From: Chitinophaga pinensis
GTDB taxonomy: Bacteria; Bacteroidota; Bacteroidia; NS11-12g; UBA9320
Direction: 5' to 3'
Assembly: GCA_945897885.1 (NCBI GenBank)
Contig: CAMDGU010000003.1
Location: 6,339 to 70,338, forward strand
Length of the DNA stretch: 64,000 nt
The notes beneath the pieces are model-generated. The model was not told where the DNA came from. It did not search any database and saw only the letters and a program-made list of their open reading frames with translations. Position 1 is the first letter of the stretch; every line of letters begins with the position of its first letter. Below are positions 59,414 through 64,000 of this stretch, piece by piece. The translations under genes were made by a program, and so were the position numbers.

Positions 59414-61513
59414 ATGAAAAGTCAATTGCTTAGCAATCAGGGTATTGCTATCTCCCCTTACCTAAAACCACTAAGTTTCACTGCTGAGGTAGTGTCCCGT
59501 AGAAATTCACCACTTAGTTTCTGTTTTTTATTGTTCACTTTTCTGTCAGCACAGAATTTATTTGCACAATACACGTATTCAACGCCAGGAACCTATCTCA
59601 TTGATGATAATGGAAATAATCCACCTATGGTGTATGGTGATGGAATAACTGTTGAAGCAGGGGTAACTCTTATAATAGAGAATCGTGAGGCCGGATTGAA
59701 TTTAGTTTTTAATAACAACAAAGGTATAACAGTAGATGCAGGAGCACACCTCATTGTAAGAAACTCAATTCTTGAAACTGATACTTCTTATCAATGGAGT
59801 GGTATCTATGTTAATGGAAGTGGAAATGGTGATGAACAGTATTTATTAGCACCTAAAATTCCAGCAGCGCCACTTGGCACTTCTAATGTTTCTGAATGGG
59901 AAGGTGTTATAAATAATACCGACATGGGATGGGTGGAATTTTATGCTTCAACAATTGACAATGCCTCTGATGGCATACGATCAGTCAATGGAGGAGTAAT
60001 ATGGGTGGATGGAAAAAATTCAAATGAAGATGCCACATTTTTAAATTGCAGAAATGGTGTACTAATTGAACCTTATCTTTCAGACCAATGCCCCAATGTG
60101 AATGCTTGCCATATAATGCAAGCAGATTTTCTTTGGGACACCTATAATACAGTTATTGGGCTTGGTTTAAGAAAGCAATTGACTGGTATTCTATTGCAAA
60201 GTGTAAGAGGAGTTAATATTGGAGGATGTAATTTTAAAAATACAATTAGTGGGCAATTTTGTTTAACAGACAGAGCTACAGGAATAAGGTCCTTAAGTTC
60301 TGATTTTACATTATCAAAATCAGGAAATGCATTTAGTTACGATGAACAAGGTTGCTTAGATAACTTTTATTTCAATTTAACACCACCTCCAACAAGTCGT
60401 GGCAATACTTTTGAGCAGTTGTCAACTGGAATTGAAATAAAGTTAGATGCCGGAAACGGAAATTCTTATCGCAGTTTTAATTCTATAAGGCATTCAACTT
60501 TTACAAATAATTTTAGTTCAGTTGTTTCGGAAAACAGCAATTCTTTAATTGTTAATAAATGCTCGTTTACGGGTGAAAGAAGTGTCTTAAATAGCTTGTT
60601 TGGATTATATGTTTATGGGCAAAATAACACTTTATCTTGCGAGCTAGGTTATATTTCTACTTCTTTATATGTAGATATACACACTTCAGGAACATGTGGT
60701 GTAAGAATTTTAGATAATACATTTGATTTTGACAAACGAAATGTTCATCATATAGAAGTATTTGGTTCTGACATTTCACCAAATTATTCATCATTTATTA
60801 AAAAGAATACATTTACGAATTCATACCTATCTCCTGGTTCAGTTCACGCAATAAATAGTGACAATGTAAAGGCAATTGTATTGGATGGCGTTTGTACAAA
60901 TTTAGATGTGACTTGTAATACATTTAATGAATTTGGGAATGACATTTTTATTGGAACAAGTGGAGTAGTTTCAGATTTTAAAAAGGTTGGTCTAGTGTAT
61001 TATTCACCAAGCAATATTCTTTCATCAGGACTATCAGGGAGAGACCAGATTTATAGTGAAAGTACAGTAATGTCTCCATATCCTGTATATAAAAGTAAGA
61101 TTGGTGGGGTCTATTCGCCCCCAGCTTCCGCTCGTTGGGTAACACCATCATCAGATTTTATTGACGAGATAGGTTGCGATTATACTTGTACTGATTTACT
61201 GGATGGTTTGCCCGACCCAGCACCTTGTACTTTGGGTACTGTAGCAAAAATAAGAACGATTCCCTCAAATGCATTAAAAATTTATCCAAACCCAACCTCA
61301 GGCGATATTTATTTAGATATAGTTTTTAGAGGGGCTGATATGAATTATAGTATTCAGGTACTAAGTCTTGATGGCAAAGTAGTAAAAGAAATAGCAATTA
61401 AAAACTTAGGAAATAACAATTCGATAAACTTTCACGAACTTAATACAGGTCTATATTTGGTAAAGGTGGCAACAGCCAATCATAATTTATCAGGTAGGGT
61501 CCTTTTAAAATAA
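59414..61513 (+). CDS. T9SS type A cargo with probable parallel beta-helix repeats
   Basis: Long signal peptide ending NLFAQ; ITVEAGVTLII, WSGIYV, Asn/Cys-rich NxF ladders; CTD IYPNPTSG...GLYLVKV; TAGATTTG box at 59377-59384. Confidence 0.82.
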   Translation: MKSQLLSNQGIAISPYLKPLSFTAEVVSRRNSPLSFCFLLFTFLSAQNLFAQYTYSTPGTYLIDDNGNNPPMVYGDGITVEAGVTLIIENREAGLNLVFNNNKGITVDAGAHLIVRNSILETDTSYQWSGIYVNGSGNGDEQYLLAPKIPAAPLGTSNVSEWEGVINNTDMGWVEFYASTIDNASDGIRSVNGGVIWVDGKNSNEDATFLNCRNGVLIEPYLSDQCPNVNACHIMQADFLWDTYNTVIGLGLRKQLTGILLQSVRGVNIGGCNFKNTISGQFCLTDRATGIRSLSSDFTLSKSGNAFSYDEQGCLDNFYFNLTPPPTSRGNTFEQLSTGIEIKLDAGNGNSYRSFNSIRHSTFTNNFSSVVSENSNSLIVNKCSFTGERSVLNSLFGLYVYGQNNTLSCELGYISTSLYVDIHTSGTCGVRILDNTFDFDKRNVHHIEVFGSDISPNYSSFIKKNTFTNSYLSPGSVHAINSDNVKAIVLDGVCTNLDVTCNTFNEFGNDIFIGTSGVVSDFKKVGLVYYSPSNILSSGLSGRDQIYSESTVMSPYPVYKSKIGGVYSPPASARWVTPSSDFIDEIGCDYTCTDLLDGLPDPAPCTLGTVAKIRTIPSNALKIYPNPTSGDIYLDIVFRGADMNYSIQVLSLDGKVVKEIAIKNLGNNNSINFHELNTGLYLVKVATANHNLSGRVLLK

Positions 61514-61518
61514 GTACT

Positions 61519-64000
61519 TTGAGAAACTTCTATCTTATATTGTTAACTATAAGTTTCTATTCTGCGTTGGGTCAAACTATTGCGGTATGGGGTTTATATG
61601 GTGATGATGGATTAACCTTTCAGAACGGCAAAATTAGCACATTTAAAATGTCTGGTTTATGGAATAGGAGCTATGCTATTAGTACCTATCAGGGAAAACT
61701 AGACCTATACTTGAATGAAAACAAACTTTATAATTCTACTAACTTACAAGTAGATGGGTGGACGGGAATAGCCTATGACTCTATCCAATCCGTCTGCTTT
61801 TTAAAAATTGATGTTAACAGAATTGGCATGTTATACATTTATAATGGTAAGAAAGATACATTTAGTAAAATATTGCTAAGTGAGTATGATAAAAGGTTAA
61901 ATGGTGGAAAGGGGGGCATTGTTCAGGGAAGGCATAAGTTAAAAATTGGGATAGTGCCACGCAATGAAGCCCTTTTGGCATATAATCTAGTAAAACGCCT
62001 ATACGATAATAAGTTTATAATAATATGGAGAAATAAGGATTCCCTTAATTTACAGGTATATAACTACGGGAAACCTATTGAGCATAAGGATACTTTACTT
62101 ATAAAAGAATATTATAATGAACCAGTAATCCCAGATGGGCTTAAAGGATTATACCTCTCAGGGAAAGCCACATTTCAAAGTTTATCTCATTCGGGCAATA
62201 CGGTAATATTGCGTTCCCATTATGGCTTGTATAAACAAAATTTATATACATCTAAATTTGACACCCTTGTTCAGGATTATTCAACTATTACAACTATAAA
62301 GATTGATAAAGTAAATTTGAAGTTCGGCGAAAGCAGGCTTGTATATAATGGGTCTTACAATTATAAAACGGATTCCGTATTAAATATTATTGGCGGATGG
62401 CAAGAAGAAACCAGCCCTAATGATAGCTTTTATTATAATAGAAATACACGTCAATATATTAAATTTGGAAGAGTTGGGCTTTCAGAGTCTCCCGATACCT
62501 GTATTTACCAGTTTAATTTGAATAAAATAAATAATATCAATGTTATTCCTAAGTATTCGGGATTAGGCAAACAATTTAATTATTGTACTTTTAAATTAAT
62601 GCCGGATGGTAAACTTTATTTTACCGACAATACCTTGGTTAATCAAATTAGGAAATCATATATTCATTGCAATGAAACTCCCAATATTTATGGAAATAAT
62701 AATTTTAAACGCAATATTTATCCCTTCGTTTTGCAAGATGAAAATATCCTTAACAACTACAATTCACCTGCCAATCGTTGGTACGATTATGTAAAGACGA
62801 AGCCATCCATTGACTATGGCTGTGATGCTAAGGTAACGGTAAAAAACAATTCCGACCTTAGCTTAAAGATGGATAAGTTTACTTGGTACTTTAGCCGAAC
62901 AATAGCAGGGAATTTTGAAGATACTATTTCAACTTTTGAACCTATTGTGATCTATACTAAAAGTGGTAAATACCCATATAAAGTTTATGGGTATAGCTCA
63001 TCTGCGGTTTACGGTGAATGGTACGAGGATACATTATTTATTGACATTCCTAAAAAGCCTATAGCTGTGTTTAGTGCCACAGATACAATTATATGTCGCT
63101 ATCTACCATTACAGTTTAAAAATTTTAGTTTTTCATTAGTGTCTAAGCCGGGCGGAATTCCATTATATGTTTGGACATTTGGCGATGGAACAACTTCAAA
63201 TGACAAAGAACCTACCCATATTTACACCAAACCGGGTATTTATACAGTAAGTCTTTTTTATAGCAACGGGTATTGTGATAGTACACTTGTAAAAAATCAA
63301 TACATCCGTGTGGTAGATGCGCCCAAAGCAGGTTTTAGTGTGATGAATCAACAAGGCTGTTCTCCATTTATGGCTAATTTTACGGATACCGTAACCTTAA
63401 ATGTTACCAAAAAAGAGTATTGGTTTAGTGATTCAGCCCAATGGAAAACCATTAGCACCCCAAAGTTTGATTACACCTTTAATAAGCATGGGCATTATTG
63501 GGCTGTACAAAAATTATACGGACATACAGGTTGTGTTATCCGTACCGATTCCATTCAGTTTTTTATATCCAAAGGGCTTTTGCCTACCGATAGTATAGCC
63601 ATTACTTTGGCAAGCTACGACACTCTTAATCATTTACATTTGGAATGGCAAAACCATCAGGCAGCCACTTCATACAATGTTTACCGTTCGGCAGATGGTA
63701 ATAATTTTAGTTTATTAACCAATACCACACAAACAAATTATACTGACATAGGGATTTTTAAAACGCCCAGTTATTATAAAATACTGGCAATTGATAGCTG
63801 CGGTAAGGTATCATCTGCTAAGAATAGAGTAAAACCGCAATGGATAATAGGTGAAAGATTACCAGCCAATGAAGCCTCTATACTTACCTATACTCCTGAT
63901 GTAGGTTTAGGGTTTTCGCAATCCTTAGAGTTGGAATGGACCTACCGTCACGCTATAAATCTTTCCTTATGGGAAACGAATCCTATTAATCCATACCGCG
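61519..64000 (+). CDS. Large secreted PKD/FN3-like repeat protein, 3'-partial (runs off the window)
   Basis: Hand translation from TTG 61519 (LRNFYLILLTISFYSALGQ) stays open for 827 codons; PKD motif YVWTFGDGTTSNDKEPTHIYTKPGIYTVSL; FN3-like LEWQNHQAATSYNVYRS...YYKILAIDSCG. Confidence 0.85.
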   Translation, partial: MRNFYLILLTISFYSALGQTIAVWGLYGDDGLTFQNGKISTFKMSGLWNRSYAISTYQGKLDLYLNENKLYNSTNLQVDGWTGIAYDSIQSVCFLKIDVNRIGMLYIYNGKKDTFSKILLSEYDKRLNGGKGGIVQGRHKLKIGIVPRNEALLAYNLVKRLYDNKFIIIWRNKDSLNLQVYNYGKPIEHKDTLLIKEYYNEPVIPDGLKGLYLSGKATFQSLSHSGNTVILRSHYGLYKQNLYTSKFDTLVQDYSTITTIKIDKVNLKFGESRLVYNGSYNYKTDSVLNIIGGWQEETSPNDSFYYNRNTRQYIKFGRVGLSESPDTCIYQFNLNKINNINVIPKYSGLGKQFNYCTFKLMPDGKLYFTDNTLVNQIRKSYIHCNETPNIYGNNNFKRNIYPFVLQDENILNNYNSPANRWYDYVKTKPSIDYGCDAKVTVKNNSDLSLKMDKFTWYFSRTIAGNFEDTISTFEPIVIYTKSGKYPYKVYGYSSSAVYGEWYEDTLFIDIPKKPIAVFSATDTIICRYLPLQFKNFSFSLVSKPGGIPLYVWTFGDGTTSNDKEPTHIYTKPGIYTVSLFYSNGYCDSTLVKNQYIRVVDAPKAGFSVMNQQGCSPFMANFTDTVTLNVTKKEYWFSDSAQWKTISTPKFDYTFNKHGHYWAVQKLYGHTGCVIRTDSIQFFISKGLLPTDSIAITLASYDTLNHLHLEWQNHQAATSYNVYRSADGNNFSLLTNTTQTNYTDIGIFKTPSYYKILAIDSCGKVSSAKNRVKPQWIIGERLPANEASILTYTPDVGLGFSQSLELEWTYRHAINLSLWETNPINPYR

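Overview
Core-genome window from an AT-rich Bacteroidota bacterium. This assignment rests on repeated TAnnTTTG -7 promoter boxes, scarcity of obvious Shine-Dalgarno sites, and type IX secretion (T9SS)/gliding genes. It holds mostly housekeeping genes (tsaD, tamB, recG, dnaE, mreBCD-mrdA-rodA, purH, lon, pfkA, clpB, gyrB, pyrR/pyrB, rpsA), a T9SS locus (porP/sprF-like, gldJ, porU, porV) and several T9SS cargo genes, including a cluster at 55.8-64 kb whose last ORF runs off the window and is missing from the ORF track. The most unusual element is an ECF sigma factor (46975-47520) coupled to a membrane-anchored putative anti-sigma. That gene is split by a +1 frameshift at an A9 run; in frame it is a ~768-aa protein with three repeats of an unrecognised domain and a T9SS type A C-terminal export signal. 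Other notable points: rpsA has a strong SD, a TTG start and a C-terminal helix-hairpin-helix fusion; tsaD and a YdjC/ChbG gene each carry a single in-frame stop; lon and clpB share a candidate operator and lon has a sigma54-like box; three kinds of small intergenic repeat occur. I found no tRNA, rRNA, CRISPR array, transposase or prophage. Product calls come from motif recognition by eye, not database searches.
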